A stretch of DNA of 64,000 nucleotides from Ylistrum balloti (lineage: Eukaryota): positions 186,001-250,000 of the forward strand of contig NW_026782198.1 in assembly GCF_031769215.1 (NCBI RefSeq), read 5' to 3'. The position numbers and the translations under genes are program-made. The stretch's first letter is position 1; every line of letters starts with the position of its first letter. Under the pieces are notes generated by a model. It did no database searches, was not told where the DNA came from, and worked only from the letters and a program-made list of their open reading frames with translations. Positions 13,238 through 26,484 of the stretch are shown here, one piece after another.

Positions 13238-15882
13238 TAAAACTTTTATTAATATTTTGCCGTAGTTTTAATTTGAGTTTAGATAACGATTATTTTCATT
13301 TGTTTGTATTTTCTTGTTGTTGTAGTTAATATCAAAATCTTACTTTGAAGATTAAAAAACTTTATTGCACTTGAAAATAAAACAATCATAATACAATAGT
13401 AGTTAAAAGTGAAACCTTGAATCTTTATTAGTATCCAGCTTGATTTCCGCAACTTAATGTTGCATAACGTTCCGTTTGTTGTAGTCTAAACAAGCGATGA
13501 GTAGTTGATGTATGAACTAGCCAAGTAATGGTATTGACCTTAGTGCTGTCGAGTACGTAGGACCCGGAACACACTCTCTACGAATAACAAACGAGTTTAA
13601 TTGCACGTTTTATTCGAAACAATATTGATCACATATACATGTAGTTACATCGGGACAGAAATCGAAGGTCGTTTGCGACATACTAATCACTTTGTTTGTT
13701 TGATGGAATCCGTAATGTAACACAATTTAGTTTGTACTAACACAACGTGGATATAAAATGGATTTTTGGGTAAAGTTTACATGCTAAACAAACGAAAATA
13801 AAAACATACAAAAAATGTATGTTTTACAGTAAGTTCTACACTGAGTATAATATCTTTTATACATAATTATTTAGATACAATGTATCATTAAAACCCAACT
13901 AAGTGACTAACCCCTCATGTACTTCGTCATTAACTTGAAAATTTAAGTGAGCACACAATACTTTTATCACTACAAATTAAGATACATTGTTTAGTATGAT
14001 TTATGAAAGCTGGTACAGTAAGAACTTTTTCCACATTGTTTTCTGATCGTTGAGTGGTGATAAGATGTCTATGAACCTGTCGGTTTAGTACATATTACTA
14101 CCATACGTCCTCAGAATTCTGGTCAATATGAGACTTACATATGAATTAAAACTATAATGAAAATTATGACAAATTTTCTCTCCCTTTATCAACAAAGTTA
14201 TACAAATATTTTATCGATACCTAAGTCACTTAAATGTTCGACACGGATTGATTTAATGTTATTGAACATTTTCCAAGATTGAATAATTTGGTACATCTTT
14301 AGATCATTCTAGAAAATAAATCTATTTTCGTTTTTAATGTTTTGTCCACCGATATAAAAGTTATTTCATTTTTCACTGCCTTATACATTTAAAAGGATTT
14401 ATTTGATAACTTGAATATCATCACATCGGCATAGCATTTTGAGATAGAAAATGCACTGAGTTTACAATGTAATTTTACTGTTTCGAACTGTCATCGAAGC
14501 TCTCATTTCTCATCGCTATCTTTCAACAACGGGAAATGGAAAGAGAATGTTTTTAATACAAATCTTACGATAAACCTACTGATATGTACAGTATTTTAGA
14601 AACAGTATGTGACGGCGCTCTCTTCGTCAACCGTAAATACAGGATTAAAATAAAACACAAGATAAAGAGAATTCGTTGCCATGCCTCCCTGTGCTCTGTG
14701 ACAATGTTAACGCTTTGTCAATTTACTAATAGACTCATTACATAGTCGGGAATCATGCCTGTTGCTTACACAAAGCTGTTTTTATAGTGGAATAAGGATT
14801 CCTTTTGTCTGAAGTATGGCGCTGATGTTTCAGATTCGATCTTGTGAGCTATTGAGTACAGGAGGTCAAGATGAAATCAGCTAAAAGCTGTGTTCAGATT
14901 ATAGTGACAGAAATTATAACGCTAGTACATAGTGATGGCTTCTCAGATAAATATTGAAAATAATAGCATTAGTTTTACGGTTTTGTAAAATATTTCGATA
15001 TGGATCTTGTGCCCAAAATGAAGATGGTGCTGTTAAACAAGATGACAATGAGTGATAAAACTAACATTATATCCATCACAACATTGGCCTGTCTCATCGT
15101 CAACACCGATTCTTATCTAGACCGTGTCTGGATTATCTGGATAGAAACGTTAGATAACAAATACATCTGATGGTTAGTACTCCAGTCCTGTATGAATAAA
15201 TTTGTCTAGATTTTTAAAACGACAATAAATTGCAATAAATTCCATTAATCTGCTGTTTCCATTTAATATTTTTAGAAATATTATTCAAATATATCATTCC
15301 ATAATACAATATTTGTTTTGTGATAGGTTGTGTAACGAAATTAATATTATATATTTCTGGCTTACAGCTGGGATTTTTAACTATTTACTATAGATATGCC
15401 TCTTGCCTTCACCAATATCTGGTAAAGTAATGAATCTGATAAGAAAGTGTGGCTGGAATTTCACAATAATTTACACTTCTCTAATACCAGACGTAAGCGA
15501 TAAGACGTCTTGATAAGGATACTGACCATAAAGATCTTATATTTCTGACGGTAACGTCTATAGCTTTGCGATTATCATGATAACACCATGTGATCCTGGG
15601 TCTATCTAGGTCCTAAACAAGGTTGTACCCGCGTGCTTAACACAAATATTGCATGATCATGGACATATATCCTTCGGTTAATGTATGACCCTGGGATATA
15701 ATACCACTGAGCATAGCTGTCTTTCACTTTTACAACAATGGTCGGTTTTCTGTTTTCGTCTGTCTCTATATAAGCATTGGTAATGATAAAAAGTCACACA
15801 ATATGTGTGCAGTTTTGCCTCAAACGATTTATACGAATTACATCATTATACATATACCACGTTCAAATGTTACCAAATTTAT

Positions 15883-16105
15883 CTAATTACGGGGCTAGAA
15901 CTCCCCATCTAGATTTTCACATTTCTTTTGATCAATTTGGAATTTACTCTTTCACCTCAAGCTTTCACGATTTAGACCCTAAACATCACCGAGTCCTAGA
16001 AGGACAGCTGTATGATGCAGTGTAGTTCATTATCTGAGGCTGCTGTATTAAATTTCTATTTTGTATTTAAAGGTGCCATTCACCTGTGCGTCTTTTATAC
16101 AGTCT
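15883..16105 (+). mobile_element. Copy A of a short interspersed element carrying a decayed minimal hammerhead ribozyme (core 15983-16018)
   Basis: CATCA-C..CGA-GTCC-TAGAA-GGAC-(GAAAC deleted)-AGCTGTA-TGATGC. Flanks align with the copies at 50.8 and 54.1 kb. Confidence 0.75.
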
Positions 16106-18377
16106 TCAACTACTGATATGTTTAAATGTGTAAAACCACCTACTTGGATATATTTCACAACTTTGCATTTACTAATTCAATATTTTACTAATTTTATTAA
16201 TAATTTAATAATTCTATTCCTTGAAAAAACATTATTATATATTTGATAGTCATTCAGCATTCTGTTTATCGTTTACAATCGTTTACATTTTAACTAAAAA
16301 CTGTGTTTTGCTACGATTCGTGAAATAACCACCAAATACTCAATAGAGATATTGAAATGTGCAAACAATTCGTCAACAGATTTAGATAAGACAGGTATTT
16401 GGAGAGAAGGTTGTTATGTTAAGGCACAGAGACCATATATGTTAACGATTTAATACATAGAGAGATATTCTGGCTAAGATTTATCATTTTACTTAGAACG
16501 TCAGCGAAACATACAAACAATTGTTTCTCCACAACTCAAATTCAAAGTACGTTTTGGTGGGGGAAGAATGATTTATTGAATATAACAAATATATTGTTTT
16601 TTTGTTAAAAGAATGAATAAGTAACTGAATAAATAAATCCTTGTGACTATCGTAACAATCACGAGACATTCCACAGACGAAACCTTGTCAAGATCTAGCA
16701 GTATACTTACAAATTCTCTGAGAAAAGATATTGATTTTACACTCTATTTAAAAAAGGAAATGCTAATTAATCAGCGTGTTTTCCGTTAGGAATCAGCCTA
16801 ATTATTCCCTTATTTTGCCTTTCAGGGTTCGGCTGGCTGTGAGCAGGGTAGAGAAGCCGCCATCCGTCAACCAGACGAGCATGAGGTGCCCTGTTCACTT
16901 TAATTAACTGTGTATGGCTAATATGGAAGCTTCGGTACAATAGAACTAGCTCGATACAGGCGATGCAGGGGTCGCACTGGCTAAAGACCCGGACCAGCTG
17001 TCAACCGGGTAGGATTGTCATACCGGTATGTGGACTCCTAGTCCGTCAGGAGACGTAAAAACATATCAAAATATGACTGTAGCAGTGGTGAGAGACACGG
17101 CCAGGGAAAGTTGTGTATAGAAGAAATACCGTAATGTTTATACTGTTATTTATGTTAATAATGCTTGTAGGGAACTACGCAGGAGGTTTTAGTGACGTAC
17201 AGGAACAACCATAATGACATAACTGTGTATAGGACTTTCACATCGAAATTAATTTAATAATCTCAGTTAAGATTGCATAACATCACAGAAAACGTTTACT
17301 TAATTGAAATGGACAGTATTTTAGAATGAAATGAAATATCTGCATTAAATATCGTTAAAATGAAACTTTAAATACTCGCCAGGGGTTCTAAAAAGGTTAA
17401 ACTTGTTTGAAACAGCTCCTCTACTTATCACAGGTTAAACACAAAACTGATCACAACGATTCTATGTTAGCATTGAGAAAATTTGAACGAATGATATTAT
17501 GTAAAAGCACCAGGCACTCGACACCTTGTTTTCATAATTCATAATGTTCTCAAACTTCTTACAACGTTGAATTTACCTTGTCATCTTTGAACTTAACGGC
17601 AAAGTAAATGTCTTGCATATATCATAACCGCTCTCGATAAAAATGTTTGTCATAACTTATATTAAATTCGGTAACATTAAAACAGGTCTGCATGCAAATA
17701 AGAAATTGATAACCCTTGTCACATTTAAAGACAGCATATATGAATTACAATTCTCGTGGGTCTTTGAAATAGATGCAGGGGATGAATTTCTTCTGTATTC
17801 TAAACCGTTATAGGAAATCGACAGAATATCAATTAATTCGAACAATTGGGGCGGGGTCAGATAGGATTTAGCAACTACGCATGTCGCTAAATTACAAAGT
17901 CTCATGCTGTGGAGTGTATAGAAGAATGAGGGATGTTGCTCTATAAATAACCTTTTAGGCAAATTGAGGACCCTCACACACGTGCAAAGGTTAAAAAGCC
18001 ACAGCAGACGTATAATTATCAATTGGTTTAATTAAACGTTTGAGTATAATCATCACCATTTGCTGGTGCGAAATGACACGCTAATTTCTGATGTCCAAAA
18101 CAAGAAATGTTTCCCAATTCCGGGATAGCGTCTTCTGTAACAAATGAAACTAGTGCAGACTTTGAACCAGGTCTTGGCTAAATTTGTCAGAAACAGCATG
18201 TGACGAGGTACGAAAGTCAGCAGTGGAAATGGCTTCATACATCTCTATAAATTGTTATGTTTCATTTTAAATCTAACGTTGTATAGATATATAATTCATC
18301 AAGTTGTGAATCGTTCACTGACGTTAGGTAAATATGACGTCAATACAAAACAATTGTAATGTCAGAAAAAATGGAAT

Positions 18378-18443
18378 AATGAATGAATGAATGAATGAAT
18401 GAATGAATGAATGAATGAATGAATGAATGGATGAATGAATGAA
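18378..18443. repeat. (GAAT)n tetranucleotide microsatellite, about 16 units
   Basis: Directly visible, with one GGAT interruption. Confidence 0.95.
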
Positions 18444-19648
18444 AGAAAGAATTAATTAATTAATATTTCTTTATTAAGGCGTACAAACCGATTATACTTA
18501 TTTTACATTAATCAATTTCTGCAATTTGATATAGTCACCATATTTGGAAGATATTACGCATATCATCAAATACATTGTCTTAATTGTCTCTCCGATGTCG
18601 GTTACATTTCCGTCCATTTCGCGTGAGTTATTTTTTCTGTATAAGCCGTACTTTCGTATAAATGATATAATATCTGCTGTTGAGTCAGTAGGACCGGGAT
18701 CTGATCAATAGTTGTAACAGTCCCAGACAAACAAACGTAATGGTCGGGTTCCATTACCTCACGTTTGGCCATTTTGACCAGAGAATAAAAGTATATGTCC
18801 ACTTTGTTTCCACTAGGAGACACTCCGATCAACCCTTATCGATCTGTGCATATATTTTGTATGTATATATATATATACTTATCTCGTTATCACTTGATCT
18901 ATAAATACGTAGCCCCACATATTTCAGAAAGTAAACAAGCAAAATGTTGACCTAAACTATCCTGACAGCACGTATTTTTTGATAATATTTTTTACTTATT
19001 TTAAAACACAAACGTAATGTTTCAAGTATACGTTATAAATTTGTATGTAATATACATTCATATCAAACATTTGATTAATGTGTGTGTTTATAGCAGTGAT
19101 TGTTTATGGTAAATAAATGACTTCAGTTGTCAAAAAGTAGATATGACTATTTATAAACTGATCTCAACTCTACTTTTTAAGAATATCAACATTATTGACA
19201 AGTTATCCTAACATCTCCAGACCTGATATGGTATGGTTGAAATCGTTGATAAAATTAAAGGATATTTGGATAATTCTGTTATTTTAACTCAGAGTATTTT
19301 CTATTTTATCTAATTACTTATGTATGTAATTGAATATTGTATCTTTCGTTCTGCCAATGTGAACATAATTAGCAAGTTCTGAAATCATATTTGAAGAAAA
19401 TACATCAAAGTATATAAACCAGGTTTAATTTATGAAGGATTATGAAATCTTAGTGTGATTAATTCTAAAGACGTTTCAGAAATTTAAATCTTTGTTGTAA
19501 ATATGAGGTATTGTAACAGGTTGCAGGTCAGGAAAATTTGATTATGTGAAAAAGCAATATTTTCAATAATCATGGGAGATAACCCATGAATTCAGTCTGT
19601 ACACGTCTGTACACTAGATAGGGTGAATGAATATATTTGATCGCCTAC

Positions 19649-19717
19649 CTGTCTATGATGACGGGGTCTGAAGGAGTTTCATTTCTGTTTCCACAACTCT
19701 TCTTATCACAGCAACGG
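19649..19717 (-). CDS. COE: COE/EBF coding exon 6 ([24 protein letters not shown]); last exon of the gene in this window
   Basis: Completes the H-x3-C-x2-C-x5-C zinc knuckle ([14 protein letters not shown]). Poly-T-CCAG acceptor and AG|GTAGGC donor; 69 nt. Confidence 0.98.
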
Positions 19718-22700
19718 CTGGAAAAAAAAAACACAGGAAGTAAATAAATAGGGGAGATAACTTTAAAATGCAAACCACATGGTAAAGAATTGTCCAAAAA
19801 GACAATAAGATAAAATAATTATCATTTAGAATAACATATCCCTTACTGGTGTTTTGAACAAAGAGCAAATGAAGATGAAATGGATCTTAAATATTGAGTA
19901 AAACTAACAACACACAAAGTTAAAGATAGTAGTCTTAAAACAAAATTCAAAGTGCTGTCATTTATGCGGTTGAAACGTACATGCTGTAAGTAAGCATTGC
20001 TAGTCACGTGCTAAAGGGCAATGACAATTGGAGATTAGTATTTCATCTATCAAAGAGAACTTTTATTCAAGATTACGACCAAAAGTACTGTTGTCTGCGG
20101 TAGGGTTTAAATGGATGGTTTTGTATGGAGTCAATAAATTGTAACAAACCCATTGTTGAATAATCATAAAAAGATTAAGATAAAGTATTAAAGGATGAAT
20201 TTATCAAGTTTTGATACCAATCGACACCGATAAATTTCAGTTTTGACAGTATAATAAAACTCATTTAATATTTCAGATAACGTTTACATTTTAACATTTT
20301 GTGGATATCTATCAAAAATAAAGCATACGTAACAGAAAGAAAGATTACAGCATTTCCATCGTCAGTTTAACCCTGGGTCTATTTTTAGTTTCTATTTGAT
20401 GTCGATAGCACTTTAAGATGTATCACTCCTCGGGATCTTTTAAATTTTACATGCGAATAAACACGAAAACAAATAAGAGAGTCAGTAAGAGCAGATGGTG
20501 TAGAGAACACACTATACCAAACAGTCAGTAGTTGTGTAAAGGTCGAGGAATTTGTTAAATCCAGATGTTATATCAGCTTTCCTGAACCTATTTTTCGGAT
20601 AAGATGATAATAGACTGCCCGGCATGCTCACTTCATTTTCAATTTTCAAAATAATGAAAATATTTTTCAAAATTTCAGAATATCTCAATGTTATGTGCAA
20701 ACGACTTACAAAACATGTTCAGGGCCGTCAGATTATTACCAGTACATAAAACACCTACAGTATTAACGACTTAAACTGTCGTCAGTACATGTCAACTATA
20801 CTTTTCGGGGCCTAAAACCATCAGCTGACCATGACACATACAAATCATGTGTCTATATGTCAAGGCTTTCGAACTGTTAACAGTGCATGACACATACATG
20901 TTTGGGGCCTACAGATTACAAACGTATTAATATTAGGAATTATATAACGGTATGGGAGGACAGATGATAAAAAACGAAACTTAAACTTGAATATGTATCT
21001 CGTATCTTTTCACGACGTTTATAAAATAATTTAAGAGTTCTATTATACATAGAATAGACATCTTCGGAGACCCTGTGTAATACTAGTAGCTGTTAGTTGT
21101 TATCACACAGCGGATAGCCCGTCTCTACCGTGTGGATCCTTTGGGGAGTCAGATCCCTCTTACTTATCGGTTACCCTATCGCAAGTGTAGTAACTCAAAA
21201 AGGTGTAACGAATGGGGATAGATTTGATCAATAACCTTTATCCCCACCCCTCCCCACCCCCTACCACTGTACCAGATGGGATACGCGTGTCCGACTCGAC
21301 GGCAGGATAATTAGAGTGAAAACTGAAGGGCTACCAGTAGGGGGTGGTGTCTTCTAACAGGTGTAGCGTGTCAGAAACTGAACCACTGTATCAATTATAA
21401 CCTTATTTCATATATCTATTTATACTACATGTTTTGATATTTCTTATCACTTTTGTACAATGTGCATTTATGCCCGAGTTGTAACTAAACTGATAGATTT
21501 AGTTACAGAGTATCAATAAGTACTTGTATAACTAAGTAATTACGGAATTGTCTCAAGTACTTTTTCATTTCTGAATTCTTTGCCTGATTTTTTATGTGGA
21601 TTTTAGCTTCCGTGACTAGCATGAATTAAGAATTCTTTTGTTGAATGTTGTCTTTTTAAGTTGATGTGCCTTTTAACAGTTAACCTCGAGTGTATTCTAC
21701 CTTCTTTGATTAGTTCTTCATCGACTTGCACATGCAAAACATCTCTTCAATACCTTTTGTTTAAATTTGCCTTAATGTATTCTGGTCTATTCTTTGGAAA
21801 GAATGCTGCTTTCGCGAGTGAAATCTACCTAAAACCAGCAAACCTTAATAGACGCAGGGATATAAAACAGCAATATAGATAATGGGGACTACGGGCACTT
21901 TAACAAAAATAGATAATTACAATTTTACCAATCTTAATTATTTCATTTATAATTAATGATGAAACAAGTATACAACCCTTTCTAGTGTTCAAAAACAATT
22001 CTTTACTGTTCCCAGATGAGTAATAATAAAAACAATCTCGCACGAATATATGTCTTTATTTATTTAAAAAAATGAAGTTGATTTTCTATAAAAACCAAAC
22101 TGTTTCGGTCGAAACAATATCAATTGTTCATTTCAGTTGCAATTAGGCAACTCGATTTCACTTTTTATAATATTCCTTTGGGTACGACCAACTCTTTACG
22201 GTTAAATGGGTGGTTTTCATATCAATCCACACTTTCTAATTAATTAATCACCATTTAACAGTTATAAAAGTGAGTTAATATCGATATGCTTCATAGGATA
22301 TACAGGTTCACCGACTTAGTATAAATTATTACGAAGGGATCAGATTTATCGTTAATAGTGGAAACCTATAAATTGACCCCAAGGGATAGAAGGGCTCTCT
22401 ATTACCTCGCCCTGACGTTGTGTACTCCTATTGTTTACCTGTATCTACCGATACTTATCAATCTATGACGAATGAAGTCACATCAAAAGACATCAATTGT
22501 TATCGCTATATGATATCACCCATAGAATATTCATTTCGCTCGACCCCAGGGAAATTTCCCGGTGTTTGGTACGGTTTTCTTTCCAACGACGCTGTTTGTT
22601 GTATATATAGCATTCTCAGGTGTTGATTTCTACACTTATCTAAACAATTGACACATATATCCGTAAATAATCAAAGACCTGTTTAAACGTCCCTGTTGTG

Positions 22701-23295
22701 CATTGGTAACAAAAATAGATAATCGAAGTCGGCTTTATATTTCTATAAATAAAAAATAAGTGAAAGAATTAAGACTTTATGTCTGTGTGATCTTTTAAAT
22801 TTCGGTGAATTTCACGGTTGGATGGATGAACTAGTTTCATGGTTCAAAGTATGTTAACAAAATAAAACAATAGTTTTTCTCATTGCTTAGTTACCATTAG
22901 TAACAAAATATGTACACCTAATATCTTTTACTACAAAGTAACCTTAGTTACCTAAAAGGGAAACCACAATTCACCACTTTATAAGTTACCGAAACAACCT
23001 GAAATGTACACCACTTTGTCTTTCACATGTACTCGAGTTACCAACACAACGCGCACCTTACTGTCGTCATATTCGCTATTAGTTACCCATTAGTAACTTA
23101 ACATGTATATTTCATTCTTTTTATGGCTCTGTAAGTTACCACCAATAACCAAAGATTCACTGTCGGCTATTTTTCCCTCTCTAGCACCCTCTTACCAAAT
23201 GACCCGACTAGTAACCATTTGTAATGTACCACACCCGTGTACTTGGCGATATGCCCTGCACTGGTTGTTTTAAGTTGTATTTCATTGTAGTCTTA

Positions 23296-23472
<177 letters not shown>

Positions 23473-26428
23473 TTAGTAATAGACAATGTATAGATTCTAA
23501 GACATTCATTTATAAACAAAGCATGAAGATATAGTATATATATATATGTGTGTGTGCGTGTATTTACGTAACCACAAAAAGTCCATACAAACAAAATTTA
23601 ATGAAAACACGGATAATTTGTACATGATTGCCTGTTTGTTTATTTCTTTTGGTTGTGCAAAGCACCATCGAAAGAAAAATATTTCTTTTTCCCTAAGGCC
23701 AAATATTTGCTCAAAATGAGAAGATGCTTCATAAATCTTACTTTCTCAGTTATTTAAGTCAAAACATACATTTTCATCATAATTCAAAACATTTTACATC
23801 AACACGATAATGATTGACCGATTTTGTGATCGATCATTTATCAATCGATTTATAGATCAGTGGTGAAAAAAGAGTAACATTTCAACAAATAATATAGGTT
23901 CTTATATTACAGTTTACAAATTAAATAAAAAGGGTAAAAAAATAAATAAAAATAAAAATACACACACCCATAAATCCAGAGAAATGTTAGAACTGTTCAG
24001 TTGCAGGTAATTCCCGTTGGGGTAATTAATTATCGAACGAGCCCAGATACTGATCAGGTATAGATGTCATGTGGACGTGTCATTAGGTAATTCTGACAGG
24101 TGTGTTGTATAATTAGAATTATCGCCAGCATTTCTGCTAACAGTGACACCGTAATCAAAATATTTCATAAAGATTCAAAACCAGAATTGGAACACTCGAA
24201 TATAAAATTATAACAAACCTATCTCTTCATCATGAAAATATGAACAATGCTGGTTTTTATCTTCTTTTTTTTTTAATTTTGTTTTCACAATAACATGGCT
24301 GCTTTTTGTTGTGTCACTTAAATAGATAAAAAAAATCCGTGAAGTGATAACAAAATATCACTTGTTATAGTGCTACGTATTGTGGGTGACATTATATATA
24401 TGTTGATATATTATGTGGCGTTTGTTTACTATCACACATGTGCATATAGAGCGTGATGTTCTTTATATGATTGAATTGTAATATTGTACAGCGGTCATGG
24501 TCCTAATAATACACTTTTTGAGATGGAAAATCACAGTTTGAAATATTATTAGATATAACCAATTCTAGATTAGATTTTTTTCGAATAATTTCAAGTTAAG
24601 TTTTTTTACTATCAGTCAAATCTGTGACCTGATTCACAGTGAACTGTTTTCTGAATTTCATTTCACAGTTTGTCCATCAACACCGTTCCACCATAAAATA
24701 CCTAATACAATTGCTGGGTAAAAGACAACGGCAAATTTCGATTTACATTCAATATAGTATTTAAGGATGATGATACCAATATATATTTTCCAATGTTTAA
24801 GGATGCCGACCCCGCAGTGTATATATTCAGTGGGTACTTTTGAATCCTCTCCTTCCCGTCGTGTCTCTCTTCGCGATCCCAATATGTTAGCCATAAAATA
24901 TTTATACTTTACAATGACGGCACAGGCAATAGCTAATGAATAACGGACAATATTGAGCAAGTGAGCCATAATAAGCAGTACAATGAGAGTGCGATTAATT
25001 GATTCAGTTTGCAGTCCTTCTACAATGCGTTAGTGTCTATACAAGCCTCCCGCCTGCACTACCTCGCAGCATTTCCCAGTAAATTAGTTTTAGACTTCAG
25101 ACCGACTCTGCGCCGAGACATTTTTCTATGTGACACGCGCACGGAACGTGCCATAGACAGCATCACACAATTGCGCGAGAATTTCATTTACATTAGTAAC
25201 CAATCTCTAAACTTTGATGCCATATGTTCCGGAAAAATAGCATGGGGAAACTAAAAGCAAAAACCGACCGTGTGTGACATTCCAGAAATCCGGATTTCAG
25301 GTCATTATTCATTATACTGTGTGCTTGCATACTCGTCGCTCGGAAGCGTAGCGATCAATTTTGTGTCCGGACAAAACGGATTTAATTGCAGTTTAATTCA
25401 TATTAGAGCTAATAGTGTAGTTTAGGAATATAAACATAGGAAATCCAAGGAATTAAGTGATTTTCCGAAAGAGAGAGAGAAAAAAACTGCAATTCTGGAA
25501 ATCAGGTGACGAATACTCATAATTTCAATAGAGGCAAATTGTATTACCAGAGAAAATCGATTTAGACGATGAAAAATTGAGTTATGTCGATTGCATGATA
25601 CAGTCAGTCAGTGTTGTTAAAACATTACGCTAAGGAAATAGTCCGATTACAAATTAAACTAAAACGAATAGCAATGAACGGGTAATTCCATCAACGTCAC
25701 AAACTGAAGATGGCAACTTTTAGCGTCAGAAACGGAAAACCGGGTAAAAATATTTCCGGAATTATTATTATGATAAAAACATACAAACTGATTGTACAGT
25801 GAAATTTTATACTTCCTTTGTACAAAGATTTTTTTCGTTAATGTTTATTCCCAGTAGATCTTTCCATCACGACATGATAGGATACAGTGTAAATAGTCAA
25901 TATATCATTATAGTCACCATTAACACTCTCAAGAGATGGGTTGGAGCTGACTAGGGCGTCCATTACGGACACAATGGAACGCATCTTACTTTGTACTGTC
26001 TTCATGCCAGGAATTTTCTCTCGTAATGTAAAAACAAATGATGATTTAAACAAATGGTTTTGTCTCGCATAGTTTGCTTTCGGTTACATGATAATAGATA
26101 AATCAATTTCTTAATTAGGTTTAATGCCGACTGCTGACATTTTCGTAGAATTACGTTTGCGCTCCTTTTGTTCTGTATTGAGGCTTCTGTTTGTTTACTG
26201 GTTGTTTACGGTTTGTTTACTCTCTAATCTGTTAATATATCAAACTTGTCTCATTCCTTCGTGAAAGATACATTTTGTTTAGTTCTATTTACGTGTATTT
26301 CCGTGAAAGATACATTTTGTAAATTATAAATATTTCATTGTGTTATTGTTGTTGTTTATCTTAAAAAAGGAGTACAAATTCACGTTTCGTTTTGATTTGA
26401 TATTTTGGGACTTCGTGAAATAGCTTAC

Positions 26429-26484
26429 CCCTTTTGTGACGGAGTCAATGAGGCGAATATAAAGGTCCTGTTCCTGCCGAACTC
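26429..26484 (-). CDS. COE: COE/EBF coding exon 4 (G-VRQEQDLYIRLIDSVTKG)
   Basis: EQD.Y.RLIDS.TK motif. TTTTACAG acceptor and GGG|GTAAGC donor; 56 nt, phase 1 to phase 0. Confidence 0.97.

Noticed and set aside
20700-20920. Degenerate ~90-97-bp direct repeats including a minus-strand CTGACGA
   Set aside because: Only about 2.5 poor copies and no GAAA; looks like an old local duplication.
24989-25006. Plus-strand VRLIDS hexapeptide identical to EBF exon 4
   Set aside because: Wrong strand and no flanking similarity. The true exon 4 is at 26429-26484. Coincidence.
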